From: Eledone cirrhosa
Lineage: Eukaryota
DNA length: 64,000 bases
Reading direction: 5' to 3'
Assembly: GCA_964016885.1 (NCBI GenBank)
Contig: OZ024741.1
Span: forward strand, 356,190,001-356,254,000
The translations under genes and the position numbers were made by a program. Under the pieces are notes generated by a model, which was not told the origin of the DNA, searched no databases, and was given only the letters and a program-made list of their open reading frames with translations. Position 1 is the first letter of the stretch. Every line of letters begins with the position of its first letter. This document shows, piece by piece, positions 1 through 11,471 of the stretch.

Positions 1-37
1 AAACATGTGCGTGTGTGTGTGTGTTTGTGTGTGTGAA

Positions 38-377
38 GGCGCATGACATGGTGGTTAGAGCGTTGGGCGTGCGATCATGTGGTTGTGAGTTTGATTCTCG
101 GACAGGTGATGCGTTGTCTTCGAGAAAAATATTTTATTTCACGTTGCTCCAGTTTACTCAGCTGTAGAAATATGTTGCAGCGTCATTGGTGCCGAGTTTT
201 ATGGGCCTTTGCCTTTCTCTTGGATAGTATTAGTAGCGTGGGGAGGGGAGAGTGCTATGCATGAGTGGCTACCGGTCTTCCATAATCAACCTTGACGGGA
301 CATGTGCCTCGGAGGGGGAACGTTCTAGGCGCAAATCCCATGGTCATTCGTGACCAAAGGGTATTTTTTACCCTTTA

Positions 378-379
<2 letters not shown>
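38..379 (+). mobile_element. tRNA-derived SINE (CORE-like central domain)
   Basis: A-box-like TGGTGGTTAGAGCG and B-box-like GAGTTTGATTC, then TTTATTTCACGTTGCTCCAGTTTACTCAGCTGTAGAAAT, shared with copies at ~34090-34220 and ~36790-36930; ends at (TA)n. Confidence 0.75.
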
Positions 380-419
<40 letters not shown>

Positions 420-489
420 ATACATCATCGCCCATTGCCTCAAACTTTATTTATTACTAAATTTCCACATATCTGTTCATACATATATA

Positions 490-1505
490 TCATCATCATC
501 ATCATCGTCGTTTTACGTCCGTTCTTCCACGCTAGCATTGGTTAGACAAGTTGTCCGGTTGTGGGCAGTGTCCAGTTGGCTGACCTTGTCTTGCTCATAT
601 GTGAACTGATTCTGGCTTGATTTCTACAGCTGGATGCCCTTCCTAACACCAACCTCATTTACAGTGAGGGCTGGTAGCTTTTTTTCCGTGGCGCCTACAC
701 GTCCACTTTACAGTGTGGGTTGGGTGCTTTTTTGCCGTGGCACGACCACTTTGCAGTGGGAGGGGGGGGGGGGGGTATTGTCTATATGCTTCAGCTTCGG
801 CTTGTACCCGTGGGAAGTCGGGTATTCTGTATTACTGCGTGACGCTAGAGGTCACGGTCGTGTGTCATCACCTTTGAGAGGTGCAATTGGGTAAGGTCAG
901 CTTTTATCACCTCATCCCAGGTCTTCTTTTGTCTCCCCACTCCGCGGCTTCCATCGACTTCTAGTGCTCTGCACCTTTTTATGCAGCTGTCATCCTTCAT
1001 ACGCATCACATGTCCATACTAACGCAACCTCCTCTCCTGCACACAGCATCTGATTCCTCTTATGCTTAGTCTCTCTCTCAATTCGTTTACGCATGCAAGC
1101 TTTGTTTCTTTCTAATCTACGCAAGTCTTCTACAGACAGCGCCCAGGTCTCACTACCATGTAACATTGCTGTTCGTATACACGCATCATACAGCCTGTCT
1201 TTCATTTTGAGGGAACAGCCTTTTGCAGCTAGCAGCGGCAATAGCTCCCTGAACTTCTTCCATCCCGTTCTTACCCCAGTTATTGTACTTTCCGAACACC
1301 CATCTCCGCTGCTAATTCGGTCACCTAGGTAGCAGAAGCTGTCTACTGTTTCTACAGAGCCCTCCCAGAGTTTGGTGGTGCTTGTTTCCTGTGGTCGTTT
1401 GCTGCTTGCTGTCTCAGCGCAGCTGCTACATGTGAAGCCTACATTCTTAATTAAGCTTCCTGAGATCCCACTACATCTCTTGTGTACCCATTGTTTGCAT
1501 TTGTG
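490..1505 (-). mobile_element. RTE-clade LINE, degraded 3' fragment
   Basis: ORF 990-1514 shows post-RT RTE motifs (FCYLGD, GWKKFRELLPLL, MLHGSETW) and a Cys/His cluster (CKQWVHKRC...CSSC); 3' UTR has GGATGCCCTTCCTAACACCAACC on the + strand and ends in a (GAT)n tail at ~490-510. Confidence 0.8.
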
Positions 1506-1954
1506 TGTGTGCATATGTGAAAATTTATAGATAATAAATTTACAAACGAGTGTGTACGTTGTGGAATAATATATATTTTATGTATACGAATCTAAGAGAA
1601 ACCAAAACTGTTTGTGGTAGAAGTAAGTTTTTTTCAGTTTTATCCTTGGTGGTGTTTATTTTGGTTTCTCTACTAAGAATTTTTATTTTATCAGTTGATA
1701 TGCCTTCCTTGTGCATTTTTTTAATTTTTTGGAGAAGTCAACCTCAATGTCGTCACATTTCTCTGCTCTTCATCGTTGCTTTGTTTCCTATATTTCATTC
1801 TTAATTTCCTAACTAATGTTCTTAGACTGTGTTCTTCCATTTGTTGTTTCCTTTTCTTTCATCGATTATCAGCACTAAAATTACTTAGTTTATAATTTCT
1901 TAACTTTCGGAGAAAATAAAAGCAGCGTTGAACAGGTGTGAGAATTTAATGTGT

Positions 1955-2225
1955 ATATGGCTGAGTATTCCACAGACACGTGTCCCCTTAACGTAATTTT
2001 CAGTGAAATTTAGCATGATACAATGTGTGGCAAGATTGGCCCATAAAATTACAGGTATATTCCATACGATGGGCTTTCTAACAGTTTCCATCTACCCAAC
2101 TTCTCCGACAAAGCATGAGTCATCCTGTGGCTATGGTAAATGACACTTGTCCAAGAGCCCATACTGTGGGATAGAACCCTAGACTTAATGATTTCAAAGC
2201 AAACCTCTTAACCATTCTATCATGC
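1955..2225 (-). mobile_element. Degraded SINE
   Basis: GACACTTGTCCAAG core-like motif and GGGATAGAACCC (reverse complement of a B-box) reading leftward; heavily diverged. Confidence 0.5.
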
Positions 2226-3436
2226 TGTCTCCCCTGTTGTCATCTAACATATTATAGAAGAGCAAAGCTCACATCTTGAAATTATATAATCGAATATCTA
2301 TTTATTAATAGTATATCTTACTTAAATAAGAAAGAAAAGGAAACAAGAAATTAGCCATGTTCAAACCTGGAAAGAGATGGGATCCGCCAGCTTTAAATTG
2401 CTAAGGAGTTACGTGTCCATAAACACACACGCGCATATATAAGATCGAGATTTTGATGGATAACATTGGACAAGTTTACAAAAAAGGCATGAGTGTACTT
2501 CGAGGTTGTATTTTTAGCTTCAGAAACATGGTCGTATAATACTTAAGTCGGATTATACACAAAGAGATACAGTAATAGTGCTTATGGATTTGTGAGGCCT
2601 CGTTTGACTTTATTTATTTTTTTTTTTTTTCTATTCCTCCACACGGAGTAGGTTATTTTCTGTACATTTTAAACTAAGGCTGATTAGTCGCAGCCAATAT
2701 TATTCTTTTTCTAAAGTAAAAAAAGTAGCTTCTAATGCACTTTATGCTAAAAATATATCATATTTTTTCTTGTTTATGAGATCGACCCTGTTAATATTAA
2801 ACAGAACGTTGTTCAAAAGTGGAATGAAACAGAGAGAACGCATGTTTAATAAAGGGAAAGGAAATCACGAGAGATTTGTGTAGAAAAAATAGAACTAAAT
2901 TATAAGAGAGAGATGAGGAGGTGCAGCAAGAGAAAAGAGAGAATGTAAGACATGAATATGAAGAGATAGAGAGAGAAGTGTATAAAAGTAAGTAAGAATA
3001 AATAGGGAGGCGTAATTTAGAAGAGTTGAAAATATCTAGATAGTTGAATGACTGTAAAGAGAAGCAAGGGATGAGAGAGAGTAAATAAAAGGCAGAATGA
3101 GAAAGAGAGAGAGAGACAAGGAGAGAAGGGTGTATGTGCATATATATATTCTTTGTAGTTTAGCTTTTTGCACTCTAAAATGGTCAGATAACTACGATAT
3201 CCGATAAACATAACATGAAGATTAATTGGAGCGCATATCCAAATAGAAGTGTGTGTTAAGTTTGGGGAGAAAAAGAATTATTGGGGTGGGGGCATTGCCC
3301 TTCCCAGTTCCACCACCCCTGTATATATATATATGTAATTTTAAAATAATTATGGTCTGTATCCTTTCCTAAGAGCTTCGCATTTAGTATTATACCCAAT
3401 TTATTCATCTCCGATATATATATATATATATATCCC

Positions 3437-5112
3437 AAGGAATGCGCAGGACTCATTGCTGAATGCTATGCAGGAATTTTCACTGTTGAAGTGAAGACCA
3501 GAGTGTACCATCTCCACCACTTCTGACATCGGATTCTATTACAACTATGGAATTTACACCTGCAATGCTGCGATGTCACCTTAAAAATAAACGCAACCAT
3601 GCCTCTCCTGGTCTTGATGGTGTTACGTACCTGCTTCTCAAACGTGGTGAGTACTTCCTTCTGCACCAGTTATCACGCTTCTTCCAATTCTGTCTGAACA
3701 ACGGTGCTACTCCAGAACAGTGGAAAACTGCCAGTGTCATTTCACTGTTCAAAAAGGGTGACCGCACATCACCTGTGAACTATCGTCCAGTAAATCTTAC
3801 TAGCTGCATTTCCAAACTGATGGAATCCTGTGTCAGAGAAACACTTTGGAACTTCTGGAACTCTCGCAGTCTTATCCGGCCCTCGCAATTTGGATTTATG
3901 CCTAACATAAGCTGCTGTGATCAACTTATCGAGTTTCTTGAAGACATCACCCGGATCACTGATGGCGGCTCATGGGTGGATGTTGTTTACCTTGACTTTG
4001 CTAAAGCTTTCAATTCTGTGCCACACAAAAGACTTATGGCAAAACTCTCTGCAATGGGTGTGAAGGATGATCTTTTTAACTGCTTGAAGTCCTTCATTGT
4101 CAGTCGAAGAGAGGTAGTACGGTTCTAGGACAGCATTCCTCACCGTATGAGATGTCATCTGGTGTACCACAGGGATGTGTTCTTGACCCCTTTTTGTTTG
4201 TGGCATATATTAATGACATAGATGCCAACTTAAAGAATGCCACAGTACTGAAATATGCAGATGACATCAAGCTGTACCTTGAGATAAAAAGGACAGATCC
4301 TGAACACTAGATCTTGCCTGCAATCTGACCTGGACACAATGCAACAATGGATCACGGACTGGCAACTCAAGCTGGCTGTGGACAAATGTACCACTATGCA
4401 CATTTTGGGAGTAAAAACCCAGCGTCCACATACTCCCTCTACAACACTAATATCAAGAAGTCTTCTTGTGAATGTGATCTGGGCATTACTGTCAGCAGCG
4501 ATTTGCGTTGAACAAAGCACGCCTCTAAAATTGTCAAGAAAGCCGAGGGTGTCTTAGCATCACAGAGCAAGACCTTTGTCAGCTGCTCTCCATATATCTA
4601 TTTAAAGCTGTATATAGCTATGGTGCGGCTACACTTAGAATTTGCATCACCAGTCTGGAATCCCTATCTTGATCAGAACATTGACCGCCTGGAAACTGTT
4701 CAGAGACGTGCAACCAAGCGAATACCCTCCATCAGACACCTACCATACTCTGAACGCCTTGCTTCCCTGGGCATGGATACATTAAAGCACCGACGTCTGG
4801 CAACTGACTTGGTAAGCACGCAGCACAGCTCCCATGACTTTCGGAAATATTTTTTCACGCTCAGAGTTGCTGAAGCATGGAACAATCTACCTGCATCAGT
4901 TGTTAGCTGTTGAGACACTGCATCCTTTAAAACCTCCATGCTTCCTGAGATTCGCCAACACTACACCTAATATTCCCCCTCCATACACATACACACATGT
5001 ATATCATGACTCGTACACTATTCACTTCCCTGATATTTGTATATTATTCTATGTACTATACATGCACCTTTGATGAGTTGTAGTGCACGTGAGCACTCTA
5101 CACAATAATTTC

Positions 5113-5118
<6 letters not shown>
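3437..5118 (+). mobile_element. CR1/L2-group LINE, 5'-truncated and frameshifted
   Basis: RT motifs spread over ORFs 3547-4128 ([22 protein letters not shown]), 4254-4265 (YADD) and 4620-4913 (LEFASPVWNP, YSERLASLG); ends in (ATT)/(TA)n. Confidence 0.85.
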
Positions 5119-5161
<43 letters not shown>

Positions 5162-5164
5162 TAA

Positions 5165-5303
5165 TTTATTATGGCTGTTGGTGGGTTTTGTTACTCTAAA
5201 GTTTCACCTGCGCACTCAGAGGATCATCAGTCATGTCTGATAGTCCTGTGAGTACGCAGGTGAAACTCCAGAGTAGCAAGGCTCTTCACTTAGCCATAAT
5301 AAA
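5165..5303. ncRNA. Inverted pair of hammerhead-ribozyme-like motifs (Penelope pLTR-type foldback)
   Basis: Minus strand: CTGATGA-tcctctgagtgcgcagg-tGAAACtttagaGTA. Plus strand: CTGATAG-tcctgtg agta cgcagg-tGAAACtccagaGTA. Each is followed ~25 nt later by AATAAA; the whole is an imperfect palindrome centred at ~5233. Confidence 0.6.
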
Positions 5304-5365
5304 CGAATAGTTAAACTCTACTTCGATATTAAATTTTCATTCTTACACCCGACAATAATTCACTT

Positions 5366-5693
5366 ACTCTGAGGTCTTGAATGTTCCCCCTCACGCTTAT
5401 TAATTTTTCAGATCTCTCCCCACCCCCTGCTTATTAAATTTTGCTAATCTATCTCCGGTGAAATTTTATTATAAGTGATTTATATTGATATAGCAGCTGG
5501 AAAATCTAATAATTATTTAATTTTACATCAAACAAACATTATATATGACAAAAAAAGAACATTACAAGAAATCCCATATTTACGAACGTACACTATACAA
5601 TAGCTAATTCCCCACCCTTCACTTACAAGAATTTAAACAAATGACCACTCCCTGCTTGTTCCAACCCATCCTATTATTTGGTACCCGAGAGTA
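5366..5693. mobile_element. Possible MITE / non-autonomous DNA transposon relic
   Basis: Imperfect terminal inverted repeats TACTCTGAGGT...ACCCGAGAGTA with internal repeated GCTTATTAA motifs. Confidence 0.3.
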
Positions 5694-5694
5694 C

Positions 5695-6044
5695 TACCAA
5701 AATCTCCTCCTCTCTATATTTATCACACAAAACTCTCTTTTAATACACATCTCTATATCTACTACCACCATATTCCCCCCTCACTATAGTTACCATGTGA
5801 CTGCCTCTCTTATGTCCCCTCGCTATATCTAACACTAACATATCATCCCCCTCTCTATATTTACAACACGGAACTCTCTTCCAATCCTCCTTTCTATATT
5901 AATTAACACCAAACTCTGCCCCTCTCTACATCTACTATGTAACTCTCTTCCAACCCCTCTCAATAAATCAATTAACACCAAACTCTCCCGCTCTCTATAT
6001 CTACTACACGGAACTCTCTTCTAACCCCCTCTCTATATCAATTA
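5695..6044. repeat. Degenerate ~30/60-bp minisatellite (left part, interrupted by Tx1)
   Basis: Recurring CTCTCTATATCAATTAACACCAAACTCTCC / CTCTATATCTACTACAC units; resumes at 11713. Confidence 0.75.
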
Positions 6045-6245
6045 CCACTTGATATAGACGTGATTTACTTTGCTCCGGATTTTTGCGGATTGTTGTAAAA
6101 AAGAACTGTGAGTTTATTGATCAATTTAATAACATTGTTTGGTTTAGCCCCTTGCCTTGGCCGTCAGACGTTAAGTCAACAAATTTTCGCCCCTTTCTGG
6201 GGCGAAATTTTCAATTTTCATCTAAAAACTGTAGACTTGGTGGCA

Positions 6246-8006
6246 ATGGATGCCATTTCCACCTCGCACACTGTCGTGAGTGCCACGCCCACTAAGAAAA
6301 GTGGTGGAGGGAAGGTAGGAGTGCAAAGCTTGCAGCCATCCCCCCTCGCATCATCGAAAAACGTGGAAAATATCGAAACCGCGAAAGCAAATCCGGCAAA
6401 TAATAGCAGCACCAACAACAAGAACAATGACAACACCACAACCAACAACTGCAACAATAGCAACACCAATATTACCAACAGTGACAGTAACATGGAAGAC
6501 AACAACACCAAAACAACATTTGCGCAGACCGTAAAAAAAAACGAACTATACACGCCAATAGACATAACAAATGCTAAACAACTATTACAAGACGCAAAAC
6601 AATTCGTAACTTTTGGTGAAAACGGTGCTTTTAGCATTAATTCTCCACAGGAATTATGTAGAGAGGCTGTCCTGAAAACTGTGGTTTTCAGGACAATATC
6701 GAACGTAACAAGAAAACCAGCGCAATTATCACAAAATGAGATTGAGCTGGTTCTAAAAGACGCAATGAAGGACTTAACCTTCATACAAAAAGGTAAACTG
6801 TTTGGTAGCATTTCGGTGCTGATGAACAACCAGTCAACAGCTCAAAAGTACTCGATAGCACCTATTGTGTCCCCCCACTTCACCTTTTACCCCACATACA
6901 GGGGAAAAAGGACACAAAGAATAAAAATAATGAGTATCACACCAAATGTAAACATTTGGTGAATACTATGTGGAATAATAAACTTTGACGAAGACAATAT
7001 AATTTCAATTGGAAAGTGCTCCGGAGGTGTATTTGGTGGGACCACAGTAGAAGTTCTGGTGCAAATGAGCCCAGAACGAATAGCGAATATCCCACAACGC
7101 GTGCCTCTGGACGGGCTAACTTATATAAACATTTCAGTGGAGGGAAGGCGGCCGTCATGTTTCCACTGCTTAAGCAGGGGTCACCTGAGGGCTGCCTGTC
7201 CTCAATTAACGAGTCAAAAAAAAAAGGCTCTTCTGCCAACCCCGAACACAGCAACACCACCACCACCACCACCACAACACGGAAAAATAACAACACAAAA
7301 CACTGTTCCACCCAACCCCTCCCCACCTAAAACAAATACAAAAGCAACCACAACAAAACCCCAAAATATACCCCTCCCCAACAACACGGAAGAGGACTCC
7401 GTATCAACGTCACCCAGTGACGACGAGGGAGAACCCTTTCAACAGGTGAAAAGGAAAAAAAAAAGGCACCACATTAACAAAAATGCCACAAACACACAGC
7501 CACCAGCACAAACAAAACAAACATCACAAATAAAAAAAACCACCCCTCCCCAAAACATAACACGTACTATAAAACGCAAACACCCACAAGAACAACAAAC
7601 AAAAACAAACACAACACAACAAAAACTCTATACATACATTAACAAGAACAATAAAACGTTGATGAAAGCGATAGAAAATAACCCTTCGGTGGAAACCGAA
7701 GGGATCACTTTCACCTACGCAGCGAACAAACCGCACCTAATGATGATTAGGGTCCCAACGGAAACCTATGTAACTTTGAAAAACAACCATCCAATGCATG
7801 TGGGGACCAACTGCACCAAACCACATAACAGCGTCCTATTGAGATGTTTCCCCACCCCCACACCAGACACCCACACCCCACCAAACACCCTAATCCCACC
7901 ACACACTGATGTCCTCACCCCACTACAAACCACCACCCCACCAAACAACCCTTCCAACACCCCCATGGAAATTGTGCAGCCTGGCCCCCAGGAGACGAAG
8001 AGGTAA
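6246..8006 (+). pseudogene. Tx1 ORF1 (gag-like, CCHC zinc knuckle) with one in-frame stop
   Basis: Track ORFs 6108-6962 and 7059-8006 share a frame and the gap reads open (ILCGIINFDEDNIISIGKCSGGVFGGTTVEVLV) after a single TGA at 6960-6962; contains CFHCLSRGHLRAAC. Confidence 0.85.
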
Positions 8007-8048
8007 GTAATTTCCTTTCCTCTTCCTTTTTACCTCTTCAGCACCAAC

Positions 8049-11000
8049 ATGGCCAATATAAGAGTTGGATGTGTGAATGCACGCGGCTTGGGGATGTCCT
8101 GGAAACAGGGCAAACTCTTAAATGACCTCAGGTCGCACAGAGTGGATGTAATGGTTATTTGCGAGTCCAGGATCAGCAGCGAGCGCCAACTGGCCCCCAT
8201 CTTCGACGACTTTGAGATCTACGCATGGTGTGGGGGTGGGGTTGTCGTTCTGCTGCGAAAATACCTGGGTCTTGCCACACAGAAGGTACACCTGGACCCG
8301 GAGGGTCGACTGGTGGTTTTAGACGTCGGCAGTGGTGAAGGTGGAGCTTTCAGGCTGGTGGCAGCGTATGCCCCATCGGGGACACCGCGACCAGACTTCT
8401 TCCGACGCCTGGAGAATTTCCTGGGAACGTCTCGCTCCTTGCTTTTAGTGGGGGACTGGAATGGTATCCTGGATGCACGTTGGGACTATGTAGGGGCATG
8501 TCCCGATAGAGGGGGGTGTAACAGCCTCAAACGATTAATCGGCCGATTTGATCTGGCCGATAGATATCGACTGGATTTTCCGACTGTGCCACGGTGGACG
8601 TGGAGTAATCGCAGTGGAACATCCAGGTCGTACCTAGATAGGTTCCTAGTTAGAAATAAGGATAGGGACATATTAAGCTGTCCACGAATGTTCATGGTTG
8701 ACTATTCGGATCACAAGTTGTTGACCGGAGTGGTCAACCTTGATAGAACTCATAGACAGGGACCCGGTTACTGGAAGCTAAACTTGTCTTTACCGACAAA
8801 CAAAGCTTACAGTAAGCGGATTAGCACACTAGTTAAGCAGCGTTTGACGGGGGCAATTGTCAACAACAGGTGGTGGGGCTCTCTCAAGAGAGAAATTAGA
8901 ATAGAATCGATAGGTTTTAGTCGGGAATTAGCATCAGATAGGAATAGAACTGAAAGGGAATTAACAAATAGAGTAGAAGAGGCGATTAGGAGTGGCAACG
9001 TAGCCGGCGTGCTGGCGTCAAGAACGGCCCTAGACCAGTTCTTTGATGCGAAGCACGAGGGCTGCGTTGTCAGGAGTAAAATACGTGCTCTGGGTAACGA
9101 GGGAGCCAAAGCTGTTAGCTGGGCCCGAGTGACAGAGGCAAAAAGTGGTAACAAGTCCACGATTCGGTCTTTGAAGGACCAGGATGGACGCGTGATCCTT
9201 GAACCGGAGCGGATGAGCGCGGCCTTTCAACGGCGCTTTGCACGACTGTTCGGGAGGGGAGGCGGGCCGGGTGGGGCCATGGATTTCGGTCCATACCTCG
9301 ACGGTCTGGCGCGGCTCTCGGACGGGGAGGCGAAGTCCTGCGAGAGGCCGATTTCAGCCGCTGAAATGGGGAAAGCGCTGAGCCAATGCGGCAAACGCAA
9401 ATCTCCGGGTCTCGATGGTCTACCATACGAACTTTATGTAGCGATGCCGGGCTTGTTCTCCGGTCTCCTCGAGTCGGTCTACTGCAACTGGCAACAGAAC
9501 GGGAGAATTCCCAGTTCTGTGACCAAGGGCGTAGTCACGCTGGTGAGGAAGGACGAGAACAAGGGGGATGACATAGATAACTTCAGGCCCATAACTCTGC
9601 TAAACACAGAGTTAAAGATTTTGGCCAAGGTGTTAGCGAAGAGGTTGGCGCTTGTCGTCGGGAACCTGGTGGGAGAAGCGCAGACATGCGCAATCCCGTG
9701 CAGGTCCATACACGACAACCTCCACCTCATGCGATACATCGTAGAGAGGGTAGGGAACGAACCCGGCTTTGGTGGGGCCCTGATCAACTTGGATCAATCT
9801 AAAGCGTTCGATAGGGTTGACCATCGGTACCTGGATGCGGTGCTCGCGGCGGCAGGCTTCGGACCCGTTTTCAGGGGCTGGATTGCTGCAATGCACAGCA
9901 GCAACACCTGCTCGAGGGTCAAGGTGAACGGCTACCTCTCGGAGCCGTTCCAAATCACGCGATCCATTCGACAGGGATGCCTTCTCTCCTCCCTCCTGTA
10001 TGTGCTGGCTCTCGAGCCACTACTGAGGAAGCTGGAGCTGTTGCAGGGCATCCCCTTGGAACCGGGATTGCGGAAAGCGGTGTCGGCCTACGCCGATGAC
10101 GTGACAGTAATGGTGTCGTGCGCCTCGGAAATCGGGCAGATCGGCACCTTACTGGAGGAATATGAAAGGTTCACAGGAGCCAAGCTGAACCGGGACAAGT
10201 CCGTCGGTTTGCAACTCGGAACGTGGAGGGGCAAAACGATGCCCTCCGACGGCATCGTCGGACGCTGGACGGAGGGACCGGTGAAGCTGCTCGGGGTCTT
10301 GTTCGGACCGGACCTCCAGGTGGAGAAAAACTGGGACGAGGTAACGGGCAAGGTGTTAGCACTCGCCCAGAAGTGGGCCGAGTGCAAACTATCCCTGAAA
10401 GGTCGAGCGGAGGTGGCGAACGCTTATATAGCGTCCGTCATCTACTACCGCTTGACCGTCGTGCCTTGCCCAGAGAAAACACTCGCCAAAATGGAGCGCG
10501 CGCTCTTCCGATTTCTTTGGAAGAAGCGGGCTCCTTTGGTGAGAAGATCCATCTGCTGTCAACACCCTTCGAACGGAGGGCTGGGGCTGCCGTGGCTGAC
10601 GATGCGTAGACACGCATTAAGGCTACGGCACCTCCAGGTATTCCTCACCGGTCAGCCGGTGTGGACCCTGTTTGTGAGGCGAGCCTTTCCGAGACTCGTC
10701 TCACTCACCGAGCTGCAATCCTGGATCAAGCAAAGACCGAGAAAAATGGGCGACTGGCACATTGAATGTGCCCAGGCGCTCACGGCCCTCTGGCAAGCGG
10801 ATCCGGCAATCAGTGGAGACTCAACCTCAACATTCTATAGAGGGTTGGTGCGCAGTAAGTGCGACGACGCTCTCGGACAGGCTCTGGGCATGGAGGAAGA
10901 CGAGCTGGCCAGTCTGTTCGGTAGGACGTTTGGCCCGGGACCGATGGACAACTTCCAAAAGTCCCTGGCTTGGCAATGTTACCGAGGAGCTCTACCCGTT

Positions 11001-11471
11001 CGGGACAAGCTCTACAGACATGGGCGCCCGGGTAGGGACCCCTCGAAGAAGATCTGTCCAAGATGCGTGCGTGACAAGGAAACCGTCGCACACGCATTCG
11101 TACACTGCCCGGGCGTTGCTGACCTGTGGGGCTATGTAGAACGACTACTGTCGCGGGTGGGACCAATCCGGTTGACCACCGAGAACATTGTGACAATCAA
11201 ACCGCCTCCCCCTTTCAAAAACGAAGGAGAGGCGGTTTTCCTCTGTGTGATAGCCATGGCGAAAGAAGTTGTATGGTGGACAAGGTTGAAAGGGCTGAGG
11301 TCAGACACCTATCTCTCCGGCCAACAACTGGTCTTTTTTTTCAAGTACCACTTTAGAAGAAGGATCAGAATGGAGAGAGAGGTGCTCTACCCCAGCAAGT
11401 TTTATGAAAGATGGGTGAAAGTAGCGAGAATGGCCCGAGTGAATGGGCCTTCTCTCTATATCAGCCTGTAG
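8049..11471 (+). CDS. Tx1 ORF2: APE endonuclease + reverse transcriptase + C-terminal zinc finger
   Basis: GCVNARGL, GDWNG, YLDR, SDH (APE); FRPITLLN, LDQSKAFDRVDH, IRQGC, YADD (RT); CPRC...HAFVHC; 1140 aa uninterrupted. Confidence 0.95.
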   Translation: MANIRVGCVNARGLGMSWKQGKLLNDLRSHRVDVMVICESRISSERQLAPIFDDFEIYAWCGGGVVVLLRKYLGLATQKVHLDPEGRLVVLDVGSGEGGAFRLVAAYAPSGTPRPDFFRRLENFLGTSRSLLLVGDWNGILDARWDYVGACPDRGGCNSLKRLIGRFDLADRYRLDFPTVPRWTWSNRSGTSRSYLDRFLVRNKDRDILSCPRMFMVDYSDHKLLTGVVNLDRTHRQGPGYWKLNLSLPTNKAYSKRISTLVKQRLTGAIVNNRWWGSLKREIRIESIGFSRELASDRNRTERELTNRVEEAIRSGNVAGVLASRTALDQFFDAKHEGCVVRSKIRALGNEGAKAVSWARVTEAKSGNKSTIRSLKDQDGRVILEPERMSAAFQRRFARLFGRGGGPGGAMDFGPYLDGLARLSDGEAKSCERPISAAEMGKALSQCGKRKSPGLDGLPYELYVAMPGLFSGLLESVYCNWQQNGRIPSSVTKGVVTLVRKDENKGDDIDNFRPITLLNTELKILAKVLAKRLALVVGNLVGEAQTCAIPCRSIHDNLHLMRYIVERVGNEPGFGGALINLDQSKAFDRVDHRYLDAVLAAAGFGPVFRGWIAAMHSSNTCSRVKVNGYLSEPFQITRSIRQGCLLSSLLYVLALEPLLRKLELLQGIPLEPGLRKAVSAYADDVTVMVSCASEIGQIGTLLEEYERFTGAKLNRDKSVGLQLGTWRGKTMPSDGIVGRWTEGPVKLLGVLFGPDLQVEKNWDEVTGKVLALAQKWAECKLSLKGRAEVANAYIASVIYYRLTVVPCPEKTLAKMERALFRFLWKKRAPLVRRSICCQHPSNGGLGLPWLTMRRHALRLRHLQVFLTGQPVWTLFVRRAFPRLVSLTELQSWIKQRPRKMGDWHIECAQALTALWQADPAISGDSTSTFYRGLVRSKCDDALGQALGMEEDELASLFGRTFGPGPMDNFQKSLAWQCYRGALPVRDKLYRHGRPGRDPSKKICPRCVRDKETVAHAFVHCPGVADLWGYVERLLSRVGPIRLTTENIVTIKPPPPFKNEGEAVFLCVIAMAKEVVWWTRLKGLRSDTYLSGQQLVFFFKYHFRRRIRMEREVLYPSKFYERWVKVARMARVNGPSLYISL

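Noticed and set aside
6960-6962. TGA in Tx1 ORF1 as selenocysteine or programmed readthrough
   Set aside because: A single point mutation (e.g. TGG to TGA) is simpler; no SECIS recognised and no second copy to test.
8486-11356. Short antisense and alternative-frame ORFs inside Tx1 ORF2 and other LINE ORFs
   Set aside because: Expected shadows of GC-rich coding sequence, with no domain signatures.
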